Below, one piece after another: positions 1 through 13,585 of a stretch of 64,000 bases of DNA. Each line of letters starts with the position of its first letter. Position 1 is the first letter of the stretch. Position numbers and translations under genes: made by a program. Origin of the DNA: Hypanus sabinus (Eukaryota); assembly GCF_030144855.1 (NCBI RefSeq), contig NC_082731.1, positions 27,032,001 to 27,096,000 on the forward strand. Direction: 5' to 3'. The notes under the pieces were generated by a model. It was given only the letters and a program-made list of their open reading frames with translations, was not told the DNA's origin and did not search any database.

Positions 1-1369
1 CATCATTCCTACTCTCTCTATCAGCTTCACGTGAAGAAGGAATTTGATTGCACCCTGGTGTACACGGCCACAAACCAACCTAATCTAATCTGAACTGTTT
101 CGTACCGTTTCTGAGGGACGTTCATCACAAAGCATTCATGCCTTGTCTTTAGCTCTCATGTGCTGGGCTCCACCCTCCTGGAAGTTGGTTCTATTGGTGA
201 CGACTCATTTCATTCGCTTTTAATGATCCATCATCGTTCACACCTGCATGTGGCAAGACTGCAAAGCCTTGATCTGATCTCTTCTTGATGGGACTGTACT
301 TTGGCCATTCTTTGCCTCTTTTGCTATTTTACAGATGTGTAGACATAATCGTTGGCAACTCATGTGTTGGTACATTTGGTGATGTATATGGTCTGTCCAT
401 CCACACCCCAGTTCATTCCCCCCATCACTGATATACCGTGAATGCAGTGTATGCTATCTACAGAATGTACCACAACACTTCAGTGAATATTCTGTGACAG
501 CAACTCCCACAGTTCCAACTCCAGCACAATGGAAAACAACTGTACTCAGGACATTGGGAATGCTACTGTCTGTATGACATGCACCATCTGCACTTGGACA
601 CAGATGTCTGTTCCTCCATTGTCATTTCACCCACCTCTCAGACACCAGCAATGATGTGATCCCCACCCCGAACAAACTAACAGTCTGGGTGTGCAAGTAT
701 CACATCACTAACAGCGATCTGGAATATTAATGTTATTTATGTATCACTGACAGACACAGGGATGTGAGAATTATACTCATGACACAGTATAAAGTTTTCA
801 CACCATCTCCACAGCAAGAACAGTCCAAATGTACAGGGAACACATTGATGACATCATCTCATTTGTTAGTAATCCCTTTACAGCTCTAATAATCAGGATG
901 TAAGAGGGAAGGAAACAATGATGTCTATTCATATGTAAGGCTGATTCTGGCAAAAGGAGAATCAGTTTTATATATGTTTATGTTATCCCTAGGTATGTAT
1001 TATCCATTATTCAGAACACAGTATCGAAGAGCGAAGAGCCACCCTGAGAGAATATTAGGATGTTTCTAGAAATACTAGACATCGGTTAGACAATGGAGCA
1101 GCAGGAATTAGTTTGTTCGGAAAGGAGGAAGTGGAGAGAACATCTATGAAGGTATTTCTAATCACAAAGGCTCCAGGACTCAAGATTCAAGATTGCTTCA
1201 TGCGATTTCCTGCACACAGATGCAAACGACAACAAAATAATTGTTACTCCAAATTTGATGCACACAAAAACCACAATAAGATAAAGAACACAATAATAAT
1301 TAAAAATAAGTTACATTCATAGGTAGACTTTTTGTATTCCACAAAGTGATGTGAGGCTGTACATAAGGT

Positions 1370-1776
1370 GACTGAGTGGAAATAATAAAGTAGTGGTGGA
1401 GTTAGTGGATGGGTGTGTTGAACAGCCTTACTGCTTGGGGAAAATAACTGTTTTTGAGTCTGGTGGTCCAGGCATAGATATTGCATAGCATCCTCTCTGA
1501 TATAGGACAGCCATGATGGGTGAGATACTTCATGATGTTACTGGCCTTTTTCTAAAACCTTTCTGTTTTTATGTCCTTGATGGAGGGCTGGCTTATGTAG
1601 TGGGCAGTCCAGATTACTCAATAGGCTACTCGTGGGTAGTCTAGTAGTATACTCCAGTGTAGAGCCCTCCTGTCTGCCACAGTACAGTTTCTGTACCAGA
1701 AGAATCAGAACCAGAATTAGGTTTAATGTTACTGGCATATGTTGTGAAAGCTGCTTTGCATCACCAAGCAGTGATG
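1370..1776 (-). mobile_element. Rex1/Babar-like LINE, 3' part (split by a CR1 insertion)
   Basis: On the minus strand it continues the 9290-9500 fragment (...ATTCTAACAAGC|TGCATCACTGCTTGG...), the typical Rex ORF C-terminal region. Confidence 0.7.
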
Positions 1777-3120
1777 CATAAGACCATAAAACCATGGGAT
1801 ATCGGAGCAGAAATAGGCCATTTGGCCCATCGAGTCCATTCCGCCATTCAGTCATAACTGGATCCAATTCATCCAGTCATCTCCACTCCCCTGCTTTCAT
1901 CCCATACCCTTTGACGCCTTGGCTAATCAAAAATATATCTATCTCTGCTTTAAATACACCCAATGATTTGGCCTCCAGAGTCACTCAAGGCAACAAATTT
2001 CACAGATTTGCCACCCTCTGACTAGAGTAATTCCTCTGCATCTCAGTGCTAAAAGGACGTCCTTCAATCCTGGAGTCATAGAGCCCCCTACCATGAGAAA
2101 TAAATTGCCAGATCTAATCTGTTCAGGCTTTTTAGCATTTGGAATGTTTCTATGAGATCCCCCCTCATTCTCCTGAACCAGGGAATACAGCTCAAGAGCT
2201 GCCAGATGTTCCTCATATGGTAACCCTCTCATTCCCGGAATCATTCTCGTGAATCTTCTCTGAACCCTCTCCAATATCAGAAATGTATATCCTTTCTAAA
2301 ATAAGGAGCTCAAAACTGCACTCAATACTCCAAGTGTGGTTTTACGAGTGCCTTATTGAGTCTCAACATCACATCCCGGCTCTTATATTCTATACCTCTA
2401 GAAATGAATGCCAACATTGCACTTGCCTTCTTCACAACCGACTCAACCTGGAGGTTAACCTTTAGCGTAACTTGCACAAGGACTCCCAAGTCTCTTTACA
2501 TCTCTGCATTTTGAATTCTTTCTCCAATTAAGTAATAGTTTGCCCATTATTTTTCCACCAAAGTGCATGACCATATACTTTCCAACATTGTATCTCATTT
2601 GCCACTTCTTTACCCACTCCCCTAAACTATCTAAGTCTCGCTGCAGGCTCTCAATTTCCTCAACACTACCTGCTCCTCCACCTATCTTTGTATCATCAAC
2701 AAATTTTGCCACAAATCCACTAATACCCGAGTCCAAATCATTGACTTACATCGTAAAAAGTAGCTGTCCCAGCACCGACCCTTGTCGAACTCTACTGGAA
2801 ACCAGCAACCAGCCAGGATAGGATCTCTTTTTTTCCCACTCTCTGTTTTCTGCCGACCAGCCAATGCTCCACCCACGTTGGTAACGTCCATGTAATTCCA
2901 TGGGTTCTTATCTTGCTAAGCAGCCTCATGAAAGGCACCTTGTCAAAAGCATTCTGAAAATCCAAGTACAGCACATATGCTGCACCTCTTTTGTCTACCT
3001 TGCTGGTAATTTCCTCAAAAAATTGCAGTAGGTTAATCAGGCAGGATTTTCCTTTCAGGAAGCCATGCTGGCTTTGGCCTATCATTTCATGTGCCTCCAT
3101 CACTAACAATTGATTTTCAA

Positions 3121-3784
3121 TGTCACACCCTGGGTCGCCTCAGGCTCGCTCAGCTCATTCTCGTCTAGGGGGAGCAGCCTTCAGCCCCGCCAAACTGGGT
3201 AATCAGCTGGTGTGGATGCTGTGTGATGTCCCCGCCTCGCCCAAAAACAGACAGTACACCATATGCGATTAAATGAGTACAATTTATAAAGGTTACTATA
3301 ACTAAGTGATTAATAACGATACAGTATATATGAAGAGAAAATTAAAGAAAAGGCGCCAAGCTTATCAAAGTCCAAACCACTTCGTGCACAGCCGTTGGAG
3401 CTCAATTACTGAAGTCTTCTGGCCACCATTCGATCCCCTCCGAACTCCTCGACTCACAGCTCAGGACCCTCCGAGTGGTCAACCAAGCACATCTAGCTTC
3501 ACCCCCCCCCCCTCCTCGGAGAATCTCCCGGCCTCGGACCCCCCTTTGGGGTCCGATCCTCGCCCAGCTTAGAGCATTGCGTCCTCTCTCTCGACCCCCT
3601 CGCGCCGATCTGCCCAAAAGCCCGTCAACAAAAGCTTACAGACTCAGAAGAAAGAACATTAATCCCCATTTGGTTTACAAAGGAATACCATTCTCGTTAT
3701 CAGTAAATTAGCATTCCTGCTAGTTAACAAAAGAAAACCCTTTCCCAACAGTAACAAAGAAAAAAAAAAGAAACCCCCTTTACA
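3121..3784. mobile_element. Solo LTR (TG...CA), 664 bp, Gypsy-like 4-bp TSD
   Basis: Starts TGTCAC at 3121 and ends TTTACA at 3784. Flanked by TCAA/CCAA (1 mismatch). The host CR1 sequence resumes seamlessly, and the segment is CpG-rich relative to its flanks. Confidence 0.75.
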
Positions 3785-4271
3785 CCAACAACTTCCCAAC
3801 TACTGGCTCAGGCTAACAGGTCTATAGTTTCCTTTTTGCTCCCTCCCACCCTTCTTAAATAGCGCAGTACCATTTCCAATTTTCCAGACATCCAGTACAA
3901 TGCCAGAATCTATTGATTCTTGAAAGATCATTGTTAACACCTCCAAATCCTCTCCAGCTACTTCCTTCAGAAACCCAGGGTGCATTCCATCAGGTCCAGG
4001 AAATTTAGCTACCCTCAGACCATTAAGCTTCCTGAGCACCTTCTCATGTCGTAATTTTCACTGCACAATCCTCAATTCCCTGACACTCTTGAATGTCCAG
4101 TATACTGCAGACATCTTCCGCTGTGAAGACTGATGCAAAATATGCAATCAATTCCTCTGCCATCTGTGCATCTCTCATTACAATATCTCTAGCGTCATTT
4201 TGCATTGGTCCTATATCTACCCTCGACTGTCTTTTACCCTTTATGTACTTAAAAAAAGTTTTTAGTATCTT

Positions 4272-7200
4272 ATAACCATATAAAAATTACTGCACAGAAA
4301 CAGGCCTTCTCGGCACTTCTAGACCATGCCGAACGCTTACTCCCACCTAGTCCTACCGACCTGCACTCAGCCCATAACCCTCCATTCCTTTCCTGTCCAT
4401 ATACCTATCCAATTTTACTTTAAATGACAATATCGAACCTCCCTCTACCACTGAGTAAAGAATTCCCCCTCGTGTTACCCCTAAACTTTTGCTCCCTAAC
4501 TCTCAACTCATGTCCTCTTGTTTGAATCTCCCCTACTCTCAATAGAAAAAAGCCTATCCACGTCAAGTCTATCCATCCCCTTCATAATTTTAAATACCTC
4601 TATCAAGCCCCCCTCAACCTTCTATGCTCCAAAGAATAATGACCTAACTTGTTCAAACTTTCTCTATTACTTAGGTGCTGAAACCCAGGTAACATTCTAG
4701 TAAATCTTCTCTGTACTCTCTCTATTTTGTTGATATTTTCCTATAATTCAGTGACCAGAACTGCACACAATACCCCAAATTTCGCCTTACCAATGCCTTG
4801 TACAATTTTAACATTATGTCCCGACTCCTATACTCAATGCTCTGATTTATAAACGTCAGTATACCAAAAGCTTTCTTCACCACCCTAACCACATGAGATT
4901 CCACTTTCAGGGAACTATGAACCATTATTCCTAGATCACTCTGTTCTACTGCATTCTTCAATGCCCTACCATTTACCATGTATGTCCTATTTTGCTTAGA
5001 ACTACCAAAATGTAGCACCTCACACTTATTAGCATTGAACTCCATCTGCCATCTTTCAGCCCACTCTTCTAACGACTAAATCTCTCTGCAAGCTTTGAAA
5101 ACTTACTTCATTATTCACAACGCCACCTATCTTAGTATCATCTGCATGCTTACTAATCCAATTTACCACCCCATCATCCAGATCATGAATGTATATGACA
5201 AACAATGTTGGACCCAGTACAGATCCCTGAGGCACACCGGCCTCCAACCCGACAAACAGTTATCCACCACTACTCTTTGGCATCTCCCATCCAGCCACTG
5301 TTGAATCCATTTAACTACTTCAATATTAATACATAACGATTGAACCTTCCTAACTAACCTCCCATGCGGGACCCTGTCAAAGGCCTTACTGAAGTCCATA
5401 TAGACAACATCCACTGCTTTACCCTCGTCAACTTTCTTAGTAACTTCTTCAAAAAATTCAATGATTTGTCGAATATGAACTTCCACGCACAAATCCATGT
5501 TGACTGTTCCTAATGAAACCCTGTCTATCCAGATAATTATATATACCATCTCTAAGAGTACTTCCCATTAATTTACCCACCACTGACGTCAAACTTACAG
5601 GCCTATAATTGCTAGGTTTACTCTTAGAACCCTTTTTAAACAATGGAAAAACATGAGCAATAGGCCAATCCTCTGGCACCATCCCCATTTCTAATAACAT
5701 TTGAAATATTTCTCTCAGAGCCCCTGCTATTTCTACACTAACTTCCCTCAATGTCGACCTAGGGAAATCCTGTCAGGACCCGGGGACTTATCCACTTTTA
5801 AAAGCGCCAGGATTTCCTCTTCTATAATCATCATAGTTTCCATAACTGCCCTCCATGTTTCCCTTACCTTACACAATTCAATATCCTTCACCTTAGTGCA
5901 TACCAAAGAAAAGAAATTGTTCAAAATCTCCCCCATCTCTTTTGGCTCCACACATAGCTGTCCACTCTAATTCTCTGAGGGACCAATTTTATTCCTCACT
6001 ATCCTTTTGCTATTCATATAACTGTAGAAACCCTTTCGATTTATTTTCACCTTACCTACCAAAGCAACCTCATATCTTCTTTTAGTTTTTCTCATTACTT
6101 TCTTAAGATTCTTTTTACATTCTTTATATTCCTCGAGCGCCTCATGTACTCCTTGCTGCCGAGATTTATTGTAGATATCTCTCTTTTTCCGAACCAAGTT
6201 TCCAATATCCCTTGAAAACCATGGCTCGCTCAAAACGTTTAACCTTTCCTTTCAACCTAACAGGAACATAACGATTCTGTATCCTCAAAATGTCACCTTT
6301 AAATGACCACCATTTCTCTATTACATCCTTCCCACAAAACAAATCGTCCCAATCCACTCCTTCTAAATCCTTTCACATCTTCTCAAAGTTAGCCTTTCTC
6401 CAATCAAAAATCTCAACCCTGGGTCCAGTCCTATCCTTCATAATTATATTGAAACTAATGGCATTGTGATCACTGGACCCCAACACATATCTCCGTCACC
6501 TAACCTATCTCATTCCCGAACAGGAGGTCCAACACGGTCCCTTCTCTAGTTGGTACCTCTATATATTGCTGCAAAAAACTATGCTGCACACATTTTACTA
6601 ACTCCAAAACTTCCAGCCCTTTTACAGTATGGGCTTTCCAGTCCCTGTGTGGAAAATTAAAATCTCACACCAGCAAAACCCTGTGCTTACTACAAATATC
6701 TGCTACAAATTTGCTTCTCCAATTCTCGCTCCCCATTAGGTGGTCTATAATACACCCCTATAAATATTACTACACCTTTCCCATTCCTCAATTCCACCTA
6801 AACAGCCTCCCTAGAAGAGCCCTCTAATCTATCCTGCCAGAGCACCACTCTAATATTTTCTCTGACAAGCAATGCAACACCTCCCCCTCTTGTCCCTCCA
6901 ATTCTATCATACCAGAAGCAACGGAATCCAGCAATATTTAGTTGCCAATTGCACCCTTCCTGCAAACATATTTCACTAATAGCTACAACATATTCACAGG
7001 TATCAATCCATACTCTAAGCTCTTCCACCTTTCTTACAATGCTCCTAGCATTAAAATAAATGCATTTAAGAAATTCTCCACCTCTTACTCTCTGTTTATC
7101 ACTAACGGTGCAAACGACTCTACTATCTTCTTTTTCTTCCTTGTTTCATACATCTGTTCCTACATTCTGGTTCCCCTCTGCCCGTGTATCTAGTTTAAAT

Positions 7201-8348
7201 CCACTGGAACCTCTCTAGCAAACCTACCTGCAAGAATATTTTTCCCCCTCCAGTTCAGATGTAAAACGTCCCACCGGAACAGGTCCCACCTTCCCTGGAA
7301 AACTGCCCAATTATCTATAAATCTGAAGCCCTTCCTCCTGCACCATGTCTTCAGCCACGTGTTGATCTGCACTATCTTACTATTTCTAAACCCGCTTGCA
7401 TGTGGCACTGGTAGCGATCCTGAGATTGCAATCCTGGAGGTCCTGCCCTTTAACTTGGCGCCTAACTCCCTAAACTTACCTTTCAGGATCTCCTCACCCT
7501 TCCTACACACGTCATTGGTACCTACATCGACCACGACATCCGGCTGCTCACCCTCCCTTTTGAGAATACTGAGAACTCAATCCAAGACATTGCGGACCCT
7601 GGCACTAGGGAGGCAACAGACCATCCGGGGTTCTCGATCTCTTCCATAGAACCTCTTATCTGTCCCCTTAACTATCGAATTCCCTATCACTACTGCTCTC
7701 CTCTTTTCCCTCAATCCCTTCTGAACTGAGGGTCCAGTCTCGGTGCCAGAGATGCAACCAATTCAAACTGTCCCTTGTAGGTTGTCCCCATCAGCAGTAT
7801 CCAAAATGATATACTGATTATTGGTGGGAACGGTCATAGGGGAGCTGTGCTCATTCTGTCTATTCCCCTTCCCTCTGCTGACAGTCGCCCAGCTACCTAT
7901 CTCCTGACTCTTAGGGGTGATTATCTCCTTGTAACTCCTGTTTATTTCTGCCTCTGCCTCTCGAATGATCCAAAGTTCATCCAGCTCCAGCTCCAGTTCC
8001 CTTACTCGGTTTGTCAGGAGCTGCAGCTGGATGCACCTTTCACAGGTGTAGTCATCAGGAACAATTGTGCTCGCCCTGACTTCCCACATACTGCAAATGG
8101 TGCACTCGACTGCCCTAACTGCTGCCTCCATTACCTACTCCTAAGCTAATTAGATCAATTAAAGGAGCTTACTCGGCCTTAGCTGACTCGTCCTCATCTT
8201 CTGTTTGCTGAAGCCTCTCGAGCCAAAGCCTTCTTACTCTGTCTCCCTCTACTCCGTCTCCCGCTCTGTTAATCTGCTCGCTTTTAAAATTCTCCTGCTG
8301 CTTCACGAGCCAACTTTCATGTCGTCCCCCGTTCAAACAGCTGAAGAA
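4272..8348 (-). mobile_element. Near full-length CR1 LINE (5'UTR, ORF1 zinc-finger plus esterase, ORF2 EN-RT), frameshifted
   Basis: ORF1 pieces VECTICSMWEV...CERCIQLQLL (7763-8131) and SGNH-like VDVGTND...DVLHLNWRG (7190-7534). [27 protein letters not shown] is duplicated at 4267-4271 and 8349-8353. Confidence 0.88.
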
Positions 8349-9289
8349 ATCTTCTTTGATGTTAGTCGCAAGCTTTCTTTCATAATTCATCTTTTACTTC
8401 CCGATGTCCTTCTTAGTTTCCTTCTGCAAGTTTTTGAAAGCTCCCCAATCCTCTATCTTCCCACTACCTCTGGCTTCCTTGTATGCCCTTTCTTTTACTT
8501 TGGCTCAACTTCACTTGTCAGCCACGGTAGTGTCCTTCTTCCCTTTGAAAATTTCTTCCTATTTGCAATATATCTGTCTTGCTCTTCCCTCAGTTTTTTG
8601 CAGAAACTCCAGCCATTGCTGCTCTGCTGCCTTCCTTCAAATGTCCAATTCCCCTCTCATGCCATTGTAATTTGCTTTATTCCACTGCAATACCAACACA
8701 TTAGATTTTGGTTTTTCTCTCTCTATTTTAAAATGAAATCGATCATATTGTGACCACCTAAGGTTTCCTTAACCTTAAGCTCTTTTATCACCTCCAAATC
8801 ATTGCACAACATCCAATCAAGCATAGCCGATTCCCTAGTGGGCTCAACAACAAGCTGTTCTAAAAAGCCTTCCCTTAGATATTCTACAAATTCTCTCTTT
8901 TGTGGTCCAGTACTGGCCTGGTTTTGCCAATCCACTTTCATGTTAAAATCCCCAACGATTATCATGACATTGCCTTTCTGACACGCCTTTTCTATCACCT
9001 GCTGTAATTTGCAATCCACATCCCAGCTGCTGTTGGAGGCCTGTATACAACTGCCATTAGGGTCCTTTTACACTTCCCATTTCTTAACTCAACCCATAGA
9101 GACTCTACAACTTCTAATCTCTTTCTAATCATCTCTTTCCAATGATCTCATCTCTTTCCAATGATTTATTATTTCTTATACACAGAGCCACACCACCGCC
9201 TCTGCCAACAAACCTATCTTTCTGATACACCCTATATCCTTGGACATTCAGCTCCCAGTGGCAGCCCCATCCATTAGCCAAGTTTCAGC

Positions 9290-9500
9290 TTGTTAGAATA
9301 TTCTCCACCACACATCTGTACAATGATATGATGTGGACTTGCAAAGTCCAGCTGTCTTCAGCCTCCTCAGAAAGTAAAGACGGAAGTGAGCTTCCCTGAT
9401 TGTGTTGATTGTGTTCTGGGACCCTGAGAGTTTGTGGGTGATATGCACTCCCTGGAGTTTGAAACTACTTGTCAATTTGTCCCCAGTGTAAAGGAGGATA
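9290..9500 (-). mobile_element. Rex1/Babar-like LINE, upstream part
   Basis: Translation LQGVHIT...IREAHFRLYFLRRLK resembles the Rex1 RT C-terminus (KAQQRLYFLRRL-like). Confidence 0.7.
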
Positions 9501-10489
9501 TGAGTGGTGCCGGTTCTGCTGAAGTCTATCCCGTTGCACACTTGAATCAAGAGAAGAGTCTACACACAGGCCATGCGAGAGTTCTAAAAAGTAGTATTTG
9601 TGAACTTTGGATTTTTCCAGTTGCCCAGTGGAGTGTTAGCAAGCTTTCAGATTTTTGCAGTGGCCCAATCGAATCCCAATGTGAGAATTCTGGGAGACTT
9701 CCAGCCTCCCGGATATTGGTGAATGTAGAGGTTGTAGAATGAGTAAGGCATGACAAAAGAATCAGAGTCATATAAGGAAGGAATGATTTATGCAGTGAGA
9801 GGCATGTGTCTAGAAATCACTGGTGCGCCTTATAGAGGGAGCTGATCCATTTGTGATATTCAAAAGGAAAATGGAATATTGAAAGGAAGACAAACTGCAG
9901 AATAAGTGAAGAGACAAGACAGGGAGATCTGCTGGTTTGCTCTTGAATGCAGCCCCCAGACACTTTAATAGGCAAATTGACTTTCTTCCACGGTATTCAA
10001 TCAGTGATTCTCTGTGATTAAGCAGTCTGTTCAGCTGATGTCACCTCCTAACTTTCCAACATCCTCAATGCTTCTTTTCCCAAAGACAATGATATCTATC
10101 ATGTGCTAGGACTTGGATCAAATATGTTTTCATGAGGTCTGTCACTTGTCTGTCACAGTGCTGTTTGTTGGTGAAGAAGAGTCCATGTTCCATGCATTTC
10201 ATCAGGAAGAGAAATCTCTTGAAAACAGGAGAAGTGCAGATGCTAGAATCTGGAGGAAAACTCAAACTGCAAGATGAACTCAAAAGGGCAGACAACAACA
10301 GTGGAAGGAAAGGAAGGGACAACATTTCAAGTGGCCACTCTGCATCTGTACAGGCACTGGCTTCTTGTCCCACACGATTCTACTCAATTTGGATTTACTT
10401 CTTACATGTCCAGTGCACATTTCTGAAGGTTTTTGTCCTTTCTCTCTCTCTTATTAAAATAAAAGTAAATAATTTGTTTCCTATTTGAA

Positions 10490-11170
10490 TTCAGGCTGGG
10501 ATTTGCTCAAGTTGCAGAAGAAAGCCTCTGTGATCCGTGAAGTAACGGATGGAAATGCATAAACCTCTCGTGACTCAAAGGAAAAAACATAGCATCTCCA
10601 GAAAATGGCTGTGTATCCGACGGAAGTATAGAAGATCCGTCAGTAAACAGAATTAGGCCTGGGTTATCAAGCGGAGTACCGTGCAGGTCAGGACTGGCAG
10701 ATGTGGTGGCTTCCACTATTCGCTACAAAATTATGTAAAGGTGTGTTATTCTCAGCCTCAGGTAATGGAAGAAGAAAAACGAGGTTTAGTGCAGGGTCAC
10801 GGTGGAAAGAAAGGTTGGGTTTAGAGTGCAACATGGCCGCATAACCTGTACACCTTACTGCTGTAAAATGTTTCGTAGCTGCTGAATTTAAAAGACACAG
10901 AACTGCACGGGAGCCAAAACTGTACAGAAATCAGATTGGGCTTTTCTTCCATAACTGAAGTGGCAGTGACAGACCTTAAACAACCAGGCAAGACTCTTCC
11001 AACTACTGGTAATTGTACGGAACAACCTGCAATGGGTCATGCACGTTGTTGCGTTAAAATACCGGCCGCAATCTCTTGGTGTTCATGAAGAAATAATTGG
11101 AAAGGAACTGAAGAGTCAGGTATGCCCAAGGCTTGGGCAGATGATGAAGCTGCTTTAAGAGCATTAAAAT
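10490..11170 (-). mobile_element. Endogenous retrovirus pol remnant (connection domain plus RNase H), class I (gamma/epsilon-like)
   Basis: Minus-strand translation FNALKAASSSAQALGIPDSSVPFQLFLHE...AGILTQ...PGCLRSV and PDLHGTPLDNPGLILFTDGSS. Contains stops and frameshifts. Confidence 0.8.
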
Positions 11171-11174
11171 CAGT

Positions 11175-11990
11175 GTTCATTTTCAGAGTGCATTGAATTT
11201 CGGCAGACATGTCAGGTCAGGAGGTTGACGAAGAGGAGATCCATTATTTGATATTCAGGAATCCACTGTCTACAATAAGACTAGATGGTATAGAGTACTT
11301 CAAAGGTGTTGAGGAATGTTTCCTTCATCTGTACATAGAAGTCCCAATGATAGAGTGTGTGATACTGGATCTGGAATCGGGAATGAGGCAGGGCAGGTGA
11401 CAGAAGTTTGTGTAGGGGAACACTTTGCATCCACTGACCACAATGCAATTCTTTTCAACGTATATATGCAAAAATATAGGTCTTGTCTGTGGATTGAGAC
11501 TCTAAATTGGAGAATGGTCAATTTTAATGGTATCAGAAATGATCTGGCAATTGTAGGTTGGGACTGGCTGTTTTCTAGCAAAAGTGTACTTGGTAAGCGG
11601 GAGGCCTCCAAAAGTGAAATATTGGGAGTACAAAGCTTGATTGTGCTTGTGATAATAAAAAAGTAATGATAAGAACCACCGGGAACCTTGGTTTTCAAGC
11701 GATATTGAGGCCCTGGTTAAGAGAAAAAAAAAAGGAGGTGAATTGCAGATATAGGCAGATAGGAACCAATGGGGTGGTTATGGAAATACAAGAGAATGCT
11801 TAAGAGATAAATCAGGAGGGCTAAAAGAAGGCATGAGGTTGTTCCAGCAGACAAGGTCAAGGAGAATGCCAAGGGCTTCTATAGATATGTTAAGAGCTAA
11901 AGAATTTTAAAGGACAAAATTGGTTTGCTGGAAGATCAGAATTGTAATCCATGTGTGGAGCCAGAACTGATGGGGGAGATATTATTATTA

Positions 11991-12024
<34 letters not shown>

Positions 12025-12900
12025 GCATTTGTATTTACTCAGGAGATGGACAGAGTCTATAGAAGTGAGGCAAAGTTGAATCATGAACCCTGTACAGTTT
12101 AAAGAGGAGGAGGTGTTGGTAACCCTGAGACAAATCAGGGTGGATAGATTCCCAAGGCCTGATAAGGTGTCTCCTCGAATCCTACGGGTGGCAAGTGCAG
12201 AAATTTCTGGGGCTCTAGAAGTGATATTTAAATTATCCTAGCGACAGGAGAGGTACCAGAGAATTGGAGGATAGCAAATATTGCTCAGCTATTTAAAAAT
12301 GATCTGAACATAAGCTATGAAATTTAACTGCGGCGAGTCTGACAGCAGTCATGGGAAAGATATTGGAAGGTTTTTCTCCAGTCCTGATGAATAGTCTCTG
12401 CCCAAAATATCGACAGTTTACTCTTTTCCGTAGATGCTGCCTGGCCTGCTGAGTTCCTCTAACATTTTGTATTGACTATTGGAGGTGGTGTATTATGTTG
12501 AAGTTGTATATTATAAGACATTGTGAGAGGAGAGTTGATAGAGGTATTTAAAATTATGAGGAGTATAGATAGGGTAAGTGCAAGCAAGCTTTTCCCACTG
12601 ATGGGTTGGGTGGAACTACAACCAAAGATCACGGGTTAAGTGTGAAAGGTGAAATGTTTAATTGGAACATGCGGGAAAACTTTTTTACTCAGAGGGTCAT
12701 GAGAGTGTGGAGTGAATTGCCAGCACAAGTGGTGCATGCGAGCTGTTCTTCAGCGTTTAAGGAAAGTTTGGATAAGTAAATGGATGGTAGGCCTATGGAG
12801 GACTATGGTCCTGGCGCAGGTCGATGGGAGTAGGCAGATTAGATTGTTTCAGCATTGACTAGATGGGTCAAAGGGCCTGACTCTGTGCTGTAATTCTCTA
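11175..12900 (+). mobile_element. Degenerate CR1 LINE inserted in the ERV pol
   Basis: EN tail (GEHFASTDHNAILF...LNWRMVNFNGIR) through the 3' end. Separates the two ERV pol blocks. Confidence 0.8.
11980..12024. repeat. (TAT)n microsatellite within CR1 ORF2
   Basis: About 15 trinucleotide units with one interruption. Confidence 0.95.
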
Positions 12901-12919
12901 TGACTCTAATAATTGACCC

Positions 12920-13585
12920 TTCCCAAAAAGGAAAGCATTTCATTTCAGGTAAGGGGAGGCAATGTATTAATAATAATGCAATTCGTTCTTTGGCAAGTTG
13001 CTGAGTTCCTTGATAATGCATATACCCCAAATACAGTCCAGTGGGTTAAAAAAGCTTATTTTGGGATAGCTTATGTCCCTTTTCAGCCACGGGTATGACT
13101 AAGCCAACAGTGTCTCTTTCATTATCGATTCGGGTGGGAGCGGAAATAAGCAGATCATTGGCATATTTTAGAATTCTACTTTCCCTGGTAGGCAGAGGAT
13201 GCTTAAATCTTGTCTGACGGCTGCGGCGTATATCGAGGGCTCTCGGCATACCCTTGAGGCAACTTGGTGCAAGCATATTGTCTACCAGTGGCTGTAAACG
13301 CAAACGAATACTGACTATCCTTATGAAATGGGATGGAGAAAAACAGGTCAGAATAGAGATCTTTTACAGAATAACATTCAGATGCGGCAGGAATCCTGAA
13401 GATTAGTAACGGGTACTACGGGAGAATGATTTACAACTACCGTGTTGATAGCCCTTTGCTCTTGTACAAAGCTCCACTCAGTATCACGACCTGGTTTCAG
13501 AATTGGTAAGATAGGAGGTGAACAGCATTGGTCTTCAAACGTACTTTGCGTGTACATTGCAGAATGTACAAGTTGCTCGAGAGTT
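12920..13585 (-). mobile_element. Endogenous retrovirus pol remnant (RT core)
   Basis: SPPILPILKPG...WSFVQEQRAIN; FFSIPFHKDSQYSFAFT...TKLPQG; LKYANDLLISA (YxDD equivalent); KGHKLSQNKL; YLG. Confidence 0.82.

Larger units (their letters stand above)
1777..9290 (-). mobile_element. Older CR1-clade LINE (outer), degenerate, hosting two later insertions
   Basis: RT fragments (FVDDTKIGG, QHGFLKGKSCL, YLDFQNAFDKV, KFPGPDGMHP) and EN fragment (IVGDFN...LDWMLCN). 3' CATAAGACCATA-type tail at about 1777. Confidence 0.85.

Noticed and set aside
1-960. Possible old LINE fragments
   Set aside because: Too decayed to assign a family or strand from sequence alone.
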